Of a DNA stretch of 64,000 nucleotides, positions 15,245 through 24,664 are shown piece after piece; the first letter of the stretch is position 1; the number at the start of each line of letters is the position of its first letter. Made by a program: the position numbers and the translations under genes. The stretch is taken from assembly GCA_016186915.1 (NCBI GenBank), contig JACPKU010000006.1, forward strand, positions 12,488 through 76,487, given 5' to 3'. Below the pieces are notes generated by a model. That model saw only the letters and a list, made by a program, of their open reading frames with translations, ran no database searches and was not told the DNA's origin. The DNA comes from Candidatus Doudnabacteria bacterium. GTDB lineage: Bacteria; Patescibacteriota; Doudnabacteria; UBA920; O2-02-FULL-48-8.

Positions 15245-16984
15245 ATGAATGTCGTTACCAATGGAAAAGAGTTATCAAATTCTTATAACCTAAGAATTTT
15301 TTTGTTATTAAGCTTCCTGACAGCCTTTATCGGGTTGGTGGTTCTGCGTTTGTTTAACCTGCAGGTTATAAATCATGATTATTATCAGGCAATTGCCAGC
15401 GGGCAGCACAGTTTTGAACAAACCATCTTGCCGAATCGCGGAGACATTTATCTCAATTCGATCAAGGAAAATCCATTATTGGTTGCAACTAATATTGATA
15501 AAAATTTAATTTATGCCTCTCCAAAAGAGATCAATGATCCTATCAACACAGCAAGCAAACTTGCTCCTTTGCTGGAACTGACAAGCCAAGAAATCATTAA
15601 TCGTTTTGCGCAAGGAAATCCGAACTATGTAGTTTTGCAAAAACAGGTGAGTGACGAGCAGGCGGACCAAATTGCGGGACTGGGATTGATAGGCATTCAC
15701 TCTGAGCCGGAAGTAGTTCGCTTCTATCCGGAAAATAATTTGGCCAGTCATGTTTTGGGATTTTTAGGCTTTCAAGCGGACAGACGAGTTGGGCAATACG
15801 GAGTTGAAGGGCGCTTCGATCAGGTTTTGTCCGGAGCGGCCGGCATTGAGGGGATAGAAAGCGACCTGGCCGGAAGATGGATCACTTTAGGGAGCAGAAA
15901 TTTCCAACCGGCAGAGAATGGGGACGATATTTATTTGACGATCGATCCTGCCATTCAGTTAAAAGCGCAGGAAGTATTGAAATCCACGGTAGAACAGCAC
16001 GGAGCCGATCGGGGAAGCGTGGTAGTGATAAATCCAAAGACCGGTGCGATTTTAAGCTTGGCGGTGTATCCTGACTTTGATCCGAATGCCTATAATTTAG
16101 TGGATGACATTGGCGTTTACAGCAATGCTGTTTTGGCCGCCGACTACGAACCCGGCTCGGTGTTTAAGCCGATCACAATGGCGGCCGCACTTAACGAAGG
16201 CGTAGTCACGCCGGAAACGACCTATGAAGATACGGGGGCTGTGGAGCTGGATGAGTTTACAATTAGAAACTCGGACGGTGAGGCCCATGGAATTCAAACC
16301 ATGAACGAAGTTTTGGAAAAATCCTTGAATACCGGCGCCGTATTTGTCGAGCAGCAGCTAGGGCACAAAAAATTTAAAAAATATGTGGAGGAGTTTGGAT
16401 TCGGACAGTTGTGGGGGGTGGATCTGCCGGGCGAAGTTTTGGGCAACATTAACAACCTCAATAAGAAAGGTGAAGTGTTTTTTGGCACTGCCTCATACGG
16501 CCAAGGCATTACGGTTACTCCTTTACAGCTGATCGCGGCTTATACTGCGATAGCAAATGGCGGCAAGCTTATGAAGCCGTATATTGTGGATCGCATGGTT
16601 CATCCTGATGAAACTGTGGAGCAGACTTTCCCCGAGCAGGTGCGAGAGGTGATTAGCCCTAAAACCGCGGCTACGGTTTCAGCCATGATGGTCAACGTGG
16701 TTGAGAACGGACACGGCAAAAGAGCGGCGGTCCCGGGATACTACATCGCGGGGAAAACCGGCACAGCGCAGGTGGCTTATCAGGACCGGATCGGGTATGA
16801 TCCCAGCAAAACCATTGGATCATTCGTCGGATTCGGCCCGGTTGACAATCCCAAATTTTTAATGCTGGTGAGGATTGATAATCCGAAAGACGTGAAGTTT
16901 GCGGAGTCTACTGCTGCTCCGGCATTTGGCGAAATTGCCAGTTTTATCCTTAATTATTTGCAAATCCCTCCGCCTCGCGATTAA
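15245..16984 (+). CDS. ftsI: Peptidoglycan D,D-transpeptidase FtsI/PBP2-like (class B PBP)
   Basis: SVFKP (SxxK), SLN (SxN) and KTGTA (KTG) motifs in the correct order; N-terminal TM. Confidence 0.85.
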   Translation: MNVVTNGKELSNSYNLRIFLLLSFLTAFIGLVVLRLFNLQVINHDYYQAIASGQHSFEQTILPNRGDIYLNSIKENPLLVATNIDKNLIYASPKEINDPINTASKLAPLLELTSQEIINRFAQGNPNYVVLQKQVSDEQADQIAGLGLIGIHSEPEVVRFYPENNLASHVLGFLGFQADRRVGQYGVEGRFDQVLSGAAGIEGIESDLAGRWITLGSRNFQPAENGDDIYLTIDPAIQLKAQEVLKSTVEQHGADRGSVVVINPKTGAILSLAVYPDFDPNAYNLVDDIGVYSNAVLAADYEPGSVFKPITMAAALNEGVVTPETTYEDTGAVELDEFTIRNSDGEAHGIQTMNEVLEKSLNTGAVFVEQQLGHKKFKKYVEEFGFGQLWGVDLPGEVLGNINNLNKKGEVFFGTASYGQGITVTPLQLIAAYTAIANGGKLMKPYIVDRMVHPDETVEQTFPEQVREVISPKTAATVSAMMVNVVENGHGKRAAVPGYYIAGKTGTAQVAYQDRIGYDPSKTIGSFVGFGPVDNPKFLMLVRIDNPKDVKFAESTAAPAFGEIASFILNYLQIPPPRD

Positions 16985-16994
16985 ATTTGAATTT

Positions 16995-18260
16995 ATGCAG
17001 AAGCTTCTAACTGTTGTTTTAAAAATTCTGGCTCAGTTGACCCTGATCAGATTTCAGCCGAAGATCGTTGGGGTTACCGGCAGTGTGGGCAAAACCTCCG
17101 CTAAAGAAGCGATCTTTTGTGTGCTGAGTAAAAAATACAGAGTGAGGGCCAGTCTGGAAAATTACAACAACGAGATCGGGGTGCCGTTGTCAATTTTGGG
17201 TGAGAAATCAGCGGAACATAATATTCTAATCTGGCTTTGGGTAATCTTCAAAGGAATTTTGAAATTGATTTATTCTAAGTATCCGGAGATTTTAGTGCTG
17301 GAGATGGCAGTGGACAGGCCAGGAGACATGGGTTATTTGGTCAAGATAGTCAGAAAATTGGATTTGGCGGTGATTACTAATGTTGGCATAAGTCATTTAG
17401 AATTTTTTTCAAATCCTGCGGCATTAATGCGCGAAAAGCTTGGAATTTTGCAAGGATTAGGGGAGGACGGAAAAGTGATTGTTAATTCCGACGATTCTGC
17501 TCTTTTAGAAAACATTGACCGGACAAAATATAGAGTTGTTGGATTTGGATTTAAAGATAACTCTCTGATTAAAGCTTCGGATTTCCAGTTGATAAAAAAA
17601 GATGGTTTCTGGGGAGTGAATTTTAAGATTCACTACCAAGGAACCGTGGTTCCGGTTTTTATACCTAATACTTTGGGACGTCCTGCGATTTATTCAGCGC
17701 TTGCTGCCAGCGCAGTGGCTTTGGATTTTGGATTAAACTTAGTAGACGTGTCCAGCTCTCTTCAAAAATTTGTCTCTCCAGCAGGGAGGCTTAAGTTGAT
17801 TGCCGGGATCAAACATACGCAGATTTTGGACGATTCATACAATGCCTCTCCTGATTCGACGATTGTCGCACTGGAAGCTTTGAATTTGATGGCTCAAGGA
17901 AGAAAGGTGGCGGTCTTGGGAAGCATGACCGAGCTGGGGAAAGAATCTGAACGAGGCCATAAAGAGGTTGCCGCCAAGCTAATGGAGTTTGGGGCTACTC
18001 TGGTTTTTTTGATCGGAAGCGAAGCCAGGATAATTGAATCAGAGTTGAGGCAAAGAAAATTTGCCGGGCAGGTACGTTGGTTTGCGACCTCAGATGAGGC
18101 GAGGCTGGAAGTGCAGAAGCAAATATTGCCGGCAGACACGATTTTAGTGAAAGGCTCCCAGGCTGTACGGGTTGAGAAAGTGGTCAAAGAAATCATGGCC
18201 GAGCCTCTAAAGGCAAAAAAACTTTTGGTCAGGCAGTCAGAAAGTTGGAAGGATAAATAA
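16995..18260 (+). CDS. murF: UDP-N-acetylmuramoyl-tripeptide--D-alanyl-D-alanine ligase MurF
   Basis: KIVGVTGSVGKTSAKE P-loop and YNNEIGVPLSIL; the track ORF is extended upstream into ftsI, start set at MQKLL (16995). Confidence 0.85.
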   Translation: MQKLLTVVLKILAQLTLIRFQPKIVGVTGSVGKTSAKEAIFCVLSKKYRVRASLENYNNEIGVPLSILGEKSAEHNILIWLWVIFKGILKLIYSKYPEILVLEMAVDRPGDMGYLVKIVRKLDLAVITNVGISHLEFFSNPAALMREKLGILQGLGEDGKVIVNSDDSALLENIDRTKYRVVGFGFKDNSLIKASDFQLIKKDGFWGVNFKIHYQGTVVPVFIPNTLGRPAIYSALAASAVALDFGLNLVDVSSSLQKFVSPAGRLKLIAGIKHTQILDDSYNASPDSTIVALEALNLMAQGRKVAVLGSMTELGKESERGHKEVAAKLMEFGATLVFLIGSEARIIESELRQRKFAGQVRWFATSDEARLEVQKQILPADTILVKGSQAVRVEKVVKEIMAEPLKAKKLLVRQSESWKDK

Positions 18261-18290
18261 AAAAACTCGGTCGCAGGACCGAGTTTTTTT
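18261..18290. terminator. Bidirectional intrinsic terminator aaaaa-ctcggtc-gcag-gaccgag-ttttttt
   Basis: Perfect 7-bp stem flanked by A5 and T7; serves murF (+) and the DUF360 gene (-). Confidence 0.8.
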
Positions 18291-18291
18291 A

Positions 18292-18639
18292 TTATACGCT
18301 GTGGTATCTTGGTCTTGATTGTTTGTGCACCCATGAATTAGTGATAGATAGTATGATGCTGAAAAGCAGGGCCCACCAGAAATTTCCAACACTAAACCCC
18401 GGCACAATCGCACTTGCCAGCATTACGAGGACCGCGTTGATAACCAGAGTAAACAGTCCGAGCGTAAAGACATTAATCGGCAAGGTAAAAAGAACAATGA
18501 TCGGTTTGAGGAAAGAATTGATTAACCCCAAAACCAGCGCCGCGACCACTGCGGCAAAAAATCCATCGACCACGATTCCGGGAAGGATGTAAGCGAGGGC
18601 GAGGATGATGACCGCAGTAATAAGCCATTTTATTAACAT
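18292..18639 (-). CDS. DUF360 / phage-holin-4_2-like small membrane protein
   Basis: Four hydrophobic helices (MLIKWLITAVIILALAYILPGIVVDGFFAAVVAALVLGLINSF..); the track ORF extension to 18783 runs across the tRNA gene and is rejected. Confidence 0.6.
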   Translation of the reverse strand: MLIKWLITAVIILALAYILPGIVVDGFFAAVVAALVLGLINSFLKPIIVLFTLPINVFTLGLFTLVINAVLVMLASAIVPGFSVGNFWWALLFSIILSITNSWVHKQSRPRYHSV

Positions 18640-18722
18640 AGTGTTTGTTTTAATTATTGCTTTAATATTATAGCAGTCTTTAAAAATAAGCAAAAAGTCT
18701 ATATAAGGTATAGAAATTTTTC

Positions 18723-18797
18723 TGGTGACCCATAAGGGAGTCGAACCCTTGTTCCGACGTTGAGAACGTCGTGTCCTAACCACTAGACGAATGGGCC
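18723..18797 (-). tRNA. tRNA-Glu (anticodon CUC) with genomically encoded CCA
   Basis: Minus-strand read GGCCCATTCGTCTAGTGGTTAGGACACGACGTTCTCAACGTCGGAACAAGGGTTCGACTCCCTTATGGGTCACCA folds as a cloverleaf (7-bp acceptor stem with one GU, anticodon stem CGACG/CGTCG, loop TTCTCAA). Confidence 0.8.
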
Positions 18798-18844
18798 AAA
18801 TGCAGCAATATTATAACTTTGTTTGCTTTTATTTTCAAGTTGTT

Positions 18845-18855
18845 TATGGTATAAT
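18845..18855 (+). promoter_or_regulatory. Extended -10 promoter element TATGGTATAAT upstream of the GH1 gene
   Basis: The same 11-mer recurs upstream of the exonuclease gene (29903-29913) and the S8 protease gene (46811-46821). Confidence 0.5.
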
Positions 18856-18872
18856 TAGTTTACTAAGCTTTC

Positions 18873-20105
18873 ATGGAAGAAACCAAAACAGCCCAAAAAA
18901 CCCGCCTAACCTTTCCGAAGGGTTTTTTGTTAGGGGCGGCGGCCGCGGCGCATCAAGTGGAAGGAAATAATACCAAAAATGACTGGTGGCGAGCGGAAGA
19001 GGAAGGGAAACTTAAGGCCAAGTCCGGGTTGGCCTGTGACCATTACAACCGTTATGAGGAAGATTTCCAGATAGCCAAAAAATTGGGACTCAACGCGCTG
19101 CGCATCTCCATTGAATGGAGCAGGATTGAGCCTCAGGAAGGGAAATGGAACAGCAAAGAGATAGAACATTACCGAACTGTTTTGCAAAAAATGAAAGACC
19201 TTGGGTTAACTAGGATGGTAACGCTTTTTCATTTTACGCTGCCTGTGTGGGTGGCGGATAGCGGGGGGTTTGAAAACCAAAAAGGAGTAGAAGCGTTCGC
19301 CAGGTTTGCCTGGTTTGTGGCCGAGAATTTGGGAAATGAGATAGATCTTTGGTGCACGATTAATGAACCTGGGGTTTATACTGCCATGGGTTATAGAAAG
19401 GGACTGTGGCCGCCTTTTAAAAAAAGCACCGTTCCCATGATTAGCGTTTATCTGAATCTTATCAAAGCTCATAAGTCTGCCTATCACGCCATTAAGGAAG
19501 TTATTCCAGAAGCACAAGTCGGGATTGCAAAAAATAATCCTTACAACGAGCCTTTTTATCGCAATCACTGGCTTGATCGACTGCTGACGAGGGTCGTGAC
19601 GTATATTGGTAACCATTATTTTTTGGATCGGATACAAAACGAGTGCGAGTTCATCGGCCTAAACTACTATTTTTATCATCAGTTGAGATTCCACCACAAA
19701 CACGGCGGCGTGGACATGAATCGCAATAGACATGAAGAGTATCGCCACGACCATACCGAATTTGTCCGTTCTGATTTGGGCTGGCGATTGTTTCCGGAAG
19801 GACTGTACCATCTGCTCAAGGATTTAAAAAAATATAGTAAACCAATTTATATCACTGAAAACGGACTGGCTGATGCGAAAGATGCCCATAGATACAATTA
19901 CATCAGCGAAGCGTTGAGTGCCACCAAACACGCCATTGACGAAGGCGTGGACGTTCGCGGATATTTTTATTGGTCTTTGACCGACAACTTTGAATGGCAC
20001 GAAGGATTTTGGCCGCGATTCGGGCTGGTGGAGATTGATTACGAAACGCAAAAAAGAACTGTTCGGGACAGCGCCAAGATTTTTAAGGAAATAAAAATCG
20101 AATGA
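18873..20105 (+). CDS. Beta-glucosidase, glycoside hydrolase family 1
   Basis: GH1 signatures: N-terminal FLLGAAAAAHQVEG, catalytic acid TINEP, nucleophile ITENG, WSLTDNFEW. Confidence 0.9.
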   Translation: MEETKTAQKTRLTFPKGFLLGAAAAAHQVEGNNTKNDWWRAEEEGKLKAKSGLACDHYNRYEEDFQIAKKLGLNALRISIEWSRIEPQEGKWNSKEIEHYRTVLQKMKDLGLTRMVTLFHFTLPVWVADSGGFENQKGVEAFARFAWFVAENLGNEIDLWCTINEPGVYTAMGYRKGLWPPFKKSTVPMISVYLNLIKAHKSAYHAIKEVIPEAQVGIAKNNPYNEPFYRNHWLDRLLTRVVTYIGNHYFLDRIQNECEFIGLNYYFYHQLRFHHKHGGVDMNRNRHEEYRHDHTEFVRSDLGWRLFPEGLYHLLKDLKKYSKPIYITENGLADAKDAHRYNYISEALSATKHAIDEGVDVRGYFYWSLTDNFEWHEGFWPRFGLVEIDYETQKRTVRDSAKIFKEIKIE

Positions 20106-20995
20106 GTTTATACATTACAATCGCGATCAGTGCGTATTTGCTGTTTGCTTTTAACGGCATAGCAGACAAGTTTCTGCTGACTAAGGCGGTGAAGCATCCT
20201 GTAACTTACGCGTTTTATTCAAGCGCCGGTTCGGTTTTGATTCTGGCGCTCGCGCCTTTTTTCTTGGAAGCCATATCCTGGTCAACTTTTTATATCGCCA
20301 TAGTTGCTGGGGCTTGTTTTTCTTTTGCTCTTTATTTTCTGTACGATGCGACGCAAGACACTTCTATTTCCAGGATCTTGCCAATCGAAGGGGGACTGGT
20401 GCCGGTGTTTACACTTGTTCTCTCTTATCTTTTGCTCGCTGAAAGACTAAACAATACCCAGTTGTCAGCTTTTTTCTTTTTAGTTATGGGCGCGATCATG
20501 ATTTCTTTCAGACATGAGCGTGACGGTTGGCACATTACGGCTTTGAAAAATGCCACCATCGCCGCAGTTTTATTCGCGCTGTCTTTCGTTTTAACCAAAT
20601 ATGTTTATCTTGAAACAAGTTTTCTGTCTGGGTTGGTTTGGACGCGAATGGGCTTGGTGGTAGGCGCCTTAAGCTTTTTGCTTATTAAGCAGTTCAGAAA
20701 AGTTATTTTTGCCGCGCCAGAGAAGACCAGCGGCCAGAACAAGTTGATTTTTTACGGCGCCCGTGTTTCGGGGGGGCTTGGCGGGTTTTTGCAAAATTAC
20801 GCGATTTCTTTGGGCAGTGTAACCATCGTCAATGCCCTGCAGGGCACGCAGTTTGTCTTTTTGCTTATCATGACCAGCATTTTATCAATTTATTTTCCCC
20901 AAATAATCAAAGAGAAAATCAGCAGACTTATTTTGCTGATTAAAATCGTGGCAATGCTACTGATCACTTTTGGGCTTACAGTGTTGACCGTATGA
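20102..20995 (+). CDS. EamA/DMT-superfamily transporter (10 TM)
   Basis: Two 5-TM repeat halves; ATGA overlap with the upstream gene. Confidence 0.7.
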   Translation: MSLYITIAISAYLLFAFNGIADKFLLTKAVKHPVTYAFYSSAGSVLILALAPFFLEAISWSTFYIAIVAGACFSFALYFLYDATQDTSISRILPIEGGLVPVFTLVLSYLLLAERLNNTQLSAFFFLVMGAIMISFRHERDGWHITALKNATIAAVLFALSFVLTKYVYLETSFLSGLVWTRMGLVVGALSFLLIKQFRKVIFAAPEKTSGQNKLIFYGARVSGGLGGFLQNYAISLGSVTIVNALQGTQFVFLLIMTSILSIYFPQIIKEKISRLILLIKIVAMLLITFGLTVLTV

Positions 20996-21996
20996 AGAAG
21001 AGGATCTTGGAAATATTTGTTGGAACACTAGTATTATTTTTTTTAATGCTGGTTTTCTTTTATTCTCAGCACGTATCAGCGCCTCAAGAAGAAGCGGAGT
21101 GGGGTATCAGTTTTTCGCACAGCCATGCCGAATATTTGGGCTTTGATTGGCGGACTATGTATCTGGACATGCTTAATGACCTGAAACCCAAGAAATTGCG
21201 GCTAATGACATATTGGGATGCTTTGGAACCTGAAAAAGGAGTTTACGATTTTCAGGCAGTAGACGAGATGCTGATTGAAGCGGAAAAACAAAACATAGAC
21301 GTGATTTTGGTGGTTGGTCGCAAACAGCCGCGCTGGCCAGAATGTCATAATCCAGCATGGTTCGATGGCTATTCTTCTGAAGAGCAGGACCAGGAACAAC
21401 TCAAGTTTGTTAAGGTGTCAGTTGAGCATTTCAAACAGTTCAAGGCCATAAAAATCTGGCAAGTGGAAAATGAAGCCTTGTTTAACTTTGGTGAGGGCTG
21501 TACCAATACGCCTAAATTGGTGCTGCAACAGGAAATGGGGATTGTCAGAGCTTTGGACAACAGGCCTATTATGGTAACAGATAGCGGCGAGCTAGGGCGA
21601 TGGGTGCCAGTTGCCAAAACTGCGAAGCCGGATATTTTTGGCACCACGATGTATCGCACCATATATAACGAATACACCGGCTATCTTAAATATCCTCTAC
21701 CTCCTGGGTTTTTCAAAATCAAATCAGGGATCTTGCGAACTCTTACTCCGATTACAGACATTCGGGGCGTGGAGCTGCAGGCTGAGCCTTGGTTTAAAGA
21801 CCCAATCGAAGCAACAGACCTGGAGACTCAAATGACCCTGATGAATCCGAAGATCTTTGCGGACAATATTGAGTATGCAAAGAAGACAGGCTTGAAAGAA
21901 CATTATCTTTGGGGCGTGGAGTGGTGGTATTGGTTGGCGCACAAGCAGGGGGATTGGGGAATGTGGCAGACAGCTAAAGAATTATTGGTTAACTAG
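20992..21996 (+). CDS. Membrane-anchored clan GH-A glycoside hydrolase (GH5-like; family uncertain)
   Basis: N-terminal TM; QVENEAL (NEx acid/base motif) and TIM-barrel-like periodicity; ATGA overlap with the DMT gene. Confidence 0.6.
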   Translation: MKKRILEIFVGTLVLFFLMLVFFYSQHVSAPQEEAEWGISFSHSHAEYLGFDWRTMYLDMLNDLKPKKLRLMTYWDALEPEKGVYDFQAVDEMLIEAEKQNIDVILVVGRKQPRWPECHNPAWFDGYSSEEQDQEQLKFVKVSVEHFKQFKAIKIWQVENEALFNFGEGCTNTPKLVLQQEMGIVRALDNRPIMVTDSGELGRWVPVAKTAKPDIFGTTMYRTIYNEYTGYLKYPLPPGFFKIKSGILRTLTPITDIRGVELQAEPWFKDPIEATDLETQMTLMNPKIFADNIEYAKKTGLKEHYLWGVEWWYWLAHKQGDWGMWQTAKELLVN

Positions 21997-22270
21997 TCCT
22001 GCATGTTGTTTTGTCGAGCAATCGATTTGCCCAGAAACGTAGAGAAAAGGGAGAAGGTCGGGTGTCTTCTCGAGATACTGGAGATAAAAGAATATACCGT
22101 AACGTAAAATGCGCGGCCGCGAAAAAGACGTGCAGGGAGTTTTTAAGGGTTTTGAGTTTTTTTGATTTGTGTTGGACAATTCGGCGGGGTTGACAAAGAT
22201 TGTTAATTGATATAAGATAATAGTCCTCTCAAAACATGCTTGAAATAAAGGTAGAAAGGAGAAAACTAAA

Positions 22271-22453
22271 ATGCCAAAACATTTGTTGGTTATTTATGAG
22301 ATTGCTCTGAAAGCCGCTCGTGTTACAAACAAAAAAACCTATCGCGAGTTTGAACGATGGGTAAGAAGGGTAATTAACGAGTGCAAAGACGCGGCCGTGG
22401 AGCGAGTGGCCAGAATCCATTTAATCAGGCTGCAGCAACAATTTAGTATGTAA
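22271..22453 (+). CDS. Small hypothetical protein (60 aa)
   Basis: Strong RBS aaaggagaaaac-N5-ATG, TTGACA-like -35 upstream, followed immediately by a terminator. Confidence 0.35.
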   Translation: MPKHLLVIYEIALKAARVTNKKTYREFERWVRRVINECKDAAVERVARIHLIRLQQQFSM

Positions 22454-22490
22454 CAAAACGCCCCGTGATGAGCGGGGCGTTTTGTTACAA
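22451..22490. terminator. Bidirectional intrinsic terminator aacgccccg-tgatgag-cggggcgtt
   Basis: 9-bp GC-rich stem flanked by A/T runs on both strands; sits between the small ORF (+) and scpB (-). Confidence 0.75.
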
Positions 22491-23021
22491 CCTTTTTTCC
22501 GGCAGATGAATGTCGCGAGTTAACTCTTCAAAGTCAGGCAATTCCTTCATATCTTTAATTCCCAGATGCTGCATAAACTCGAGTGTGGTTTTGTAAAGCT
22601 GCATTCTTCGGTCTTTCTCAGAAGCAGTCTTTTCAATCAACCCTCGGATCAGCAGCTGCCTTAGGATGTATTGCGAATTAACGCCGCGGATATTTTCTAT
22701 CTCCGCTTTGGATACCGGTTGTCGATAAAGAACGATCGCTAAAGTTTCAAGGGACGCCTCAGTCAGTTTTTCTCGCAGCTCCAAAGAAAGAAATCTTTTG
22801 ATCTGGGAGCTGTTGTCCGGATTAGATGCTAGTTGGAGTTTGTCATTATGGGCAAGCAAAATAATCCCGGAATTTTGATTTTCCCGCGTAAGCTCGGAGA
22901 TGGCCAGTTTAGTAGTTTCCACGTCGACGTCCAGGCTTTTGCTGAGTTCTTTGACAGATATCGGCTTAGAAGCAACAAATAGAATTGATTGGATTTGGGA
23001 TTTGAGCTGCGGAAGATCCAT
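22485..23021 (-). CDS. scpB: Segregation and condensation protein B
   Basis: Tandem winged-helix ScpB pattern (IQSILFVASKPISVKELSKSL .. LETLAIVLYRQPVSKAEIENIRGV). Confidence 0.85.
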   Translation of the reverse strand: MDLPQLKSQIQSILFVASKPISVKELSKSLDVDVETTKLAISELTRENQNSGIILLAHNDKLQLASNPDNSSQIKRFLSLELREKLTEASLETLAIVLYRQPVSKAEIENIRGVNSQYILRQLLIRGLIEKTASEKDRRMQLYKTTLEFMQHLGIKDMKELPDFEELTRDIHLPEKRL

Positions 23022-23026
23022 AGTAA

Positions 23027-23725
23027 CTATATTTTTTTAATGATAATGTCTGCAAACGCGTCATTTTGTTCAACCGTTAGGATCCTTTGTTTGATCAGTT
23101 CAAGGAGGGCGAGGAAGGTTACAATCACTTCTGTTTTGTCGCCGGAATTTTTTATCAATCCAGACAGAGATAATTCAAGTTTTTCTGAAATGAGCTCTTG
23201 GATATGATCTATTTTTTCAGAAATAGAAACAACTTCCGCCAGCGCTTCTCGTGGAAGACGGACAATTTGTTTTAGTTCCTCGGCAAGAACATGTAGCTTT
23301 TGAGCGAGCTTATCCGCAGTGGCGTCAGGATCAGGGACAAAAGTTATTTTGTCAGCAAATTCTATTTCTCGAATCCAGGACTGTCGTCTTTTCAGTTCTA
23401 GTTTGCGCAAAAAACTGGCAGCCTCTTTATATTTTTTATAAACTAAGAGCTGTTCGGTTAAATCAAACGCTTCTTCCTCTTCTTCTCTCTCCAGTTCAAG
23501 CGAGGGGAGCAGGGCCTTGGATTTGATGACCAAGAGCTTAGCGGCAATCACCAAAAAATCCGCCAGACTGAGCGGGTTTTTATTCTGTAAGTTTTTTATA
23601 TATTCCAAAAACTGTTCAGTTACGTTGGCCAGTGAGACCGTGGTAATGTCCAGCTCCTGGTTTTCGATCAACTGTAGCAAAAGATCCAGAGGACCCTCGA
23701 ATTGTTGGAGCTTTACTTGAACCAT
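23027..23725 (-). CDS. scpA: Segregation and condensation protein A
   Basis: FEGPLDLLLQLIENQELDITTVSLANVTEQFLEYI; immediately upstream of scpB. Confidence 0.85.
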   Translation of the reverse strand: MVQVKLQQFEGPLDLLLQLIENQELDITTVSLANVTEQFLEYIKNLQNKNPLSLADFLVIAAKLLVIKSKALLPSLELEREEEEEAFDLTEQLLVYKKYKEAASFLRKLELKRRQSWIREIEFADKITFVPDPDATADKLAQKLHVLAEELKQIVRLPREALAEVVSISEKIDHIQELISEKLELSLSGLIKNSGDKTEVIVTFLALLELIKQRILTVEQNDAFADIIIKKI

Positions 23726-23760
23726 AGAGCGTTTAGCTGTTAGCGTTTAGCGTATAGAGG
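23726..23760. repeat. (T)AGCGT-rich repeat flanking the 3' side of the four-helix-bundle gene; imperfect inverted partner at 24112-24146
   Basis: agcgtttagctgttagcgtttagcgtataga compared with the reverse complement of aacgctctacgctgtacgctatacgc (shared GCGTATAG/AGCGT cores). Confidence 0.45.
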
Positions 23761-24108
23761 TTTTAGACTTTGTATTAAGGCGTGCAACATTTTCTGTATT
23801 TCTTCTAAAAGAAGTTCGGCCCTTAGGTAATTTATATTTTGGTATTGGCGCTTAGCGATGACAATTTGTGTTTCTAGTTCACCCGAAGAAGAATTAGCTA
23901 TTCCAAGAAATTGGATAAACTCTAAGCGATGATTGCGTTTATAGCCCTCGGCAATATTCGACGCTATTGCAACCGCTGCTCTCTGCATCTGAGAAGCTAA
24001 ACCGTATGTTTCAGATTTCGGAAATTTAGCAGTAATTTTATAAATTTCGTCCACGAGATTGATCGCTTTTTGCCAAACTGTTAAATCCTTAAACGATTTT
24101 AATTTCAT
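23740..24108 (-). CDS. Four-helix-bundle protein (23S rRNA intervening-sequence-protein family, TIGR02436-like)
   Basis: WQKAINLVDEIY..FPKSETYGLASQMQRAAVAIASNIAEG..NSSSGELETQI is the classic family signature. Confidence 0.85.
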   Translation of the reverse strand: MKLKSFKDLTVWQKAINLVDEIYKITAKFPKSETYGLASQMQRAAVAIASNIAEGYKRNHRLEFIQFLGIANSSSGELETQIVIAKRQYQNINYLRAELLLEEIQKMLHALIQSLKPLYAKR

Positions 24109-24134
24109 GATTTCTAAACGCTCTACGCTGTACG

Positions 24135-24605
24135 CTATACGCTTTTTTTAACTGAGAAATTACCGAGTATGGGATTTTCCAGCCTTAGATAATCTTTGGA
24201 GCTAATTTGCACGGATTCGGTATAGGAGCCGGCGGGGAGGATTAGTTTTTTCGCGCGGGCAAGCTTGTTGTCGAGATAAACCGGCAAGCCGTAGAGACTG
24301 CCGAACGGCGCGATTAACCCTATCTTGGTTTTTAATTTGGCCGTAATCTCTCGCTCTTTTGCCATGGAGACCTTGGCGCCGATCAGTTTGGAGAGTTTTT
24401 TGAAATCCGTGTTTTGTCCAGCTGGTAAAACAGCAAGATATAACCCCTCTTTGCTTTTAACTAGAACCGCCTTGCCCACATCGGAAAGTTTAGCATGCTG
24501 GGTTTCCGCGGCGTCGAAAGCGGTGTAGACTTTTTTGTGTGCCACTGTTTCGTACCTGATTTTGTTTTGCTTTAATAGCTTTTCAAGATTTTTTGATATG
24601 GGCAT
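24135..24605 (-). CDS. ybaK: YbaK/ProX-family aminoacyl-tRNA deacylase
   Basis: YbaK-domain pattern; start set at MPISKN. Confidence 0.7.
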   Translation of the reverse strand: MPISKNLEKLLKQNKIRYETVAHKKVYTAFDAAETQHAKLSDVGKAVLVKSKEGLYLAVLPAGQNTDFKKLSKLIGAKVSMAKEREITAKLKTKIGLIAPFGSLYGLPVYLDNKLARAKKLILPAGSYTESVQISSKDYLRLENPILGNFSVKKSV

Positions 24606-24664
24606 CGTCTTCGACTCCGCTTCGCTTCGCTCAGACAGCAATGCTGGCTGAGCTTGTCGAAGCC

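Noticed and set aside
18292-18783. Full 163-aa minus-strand ORF as annotated in the track
   Set aside because: Its 5' third overlaps the tRNA-Glu gene and translates to a non-membrane basic peptide; the real gene is the 115-aa DUF360 protein starting at 18639.
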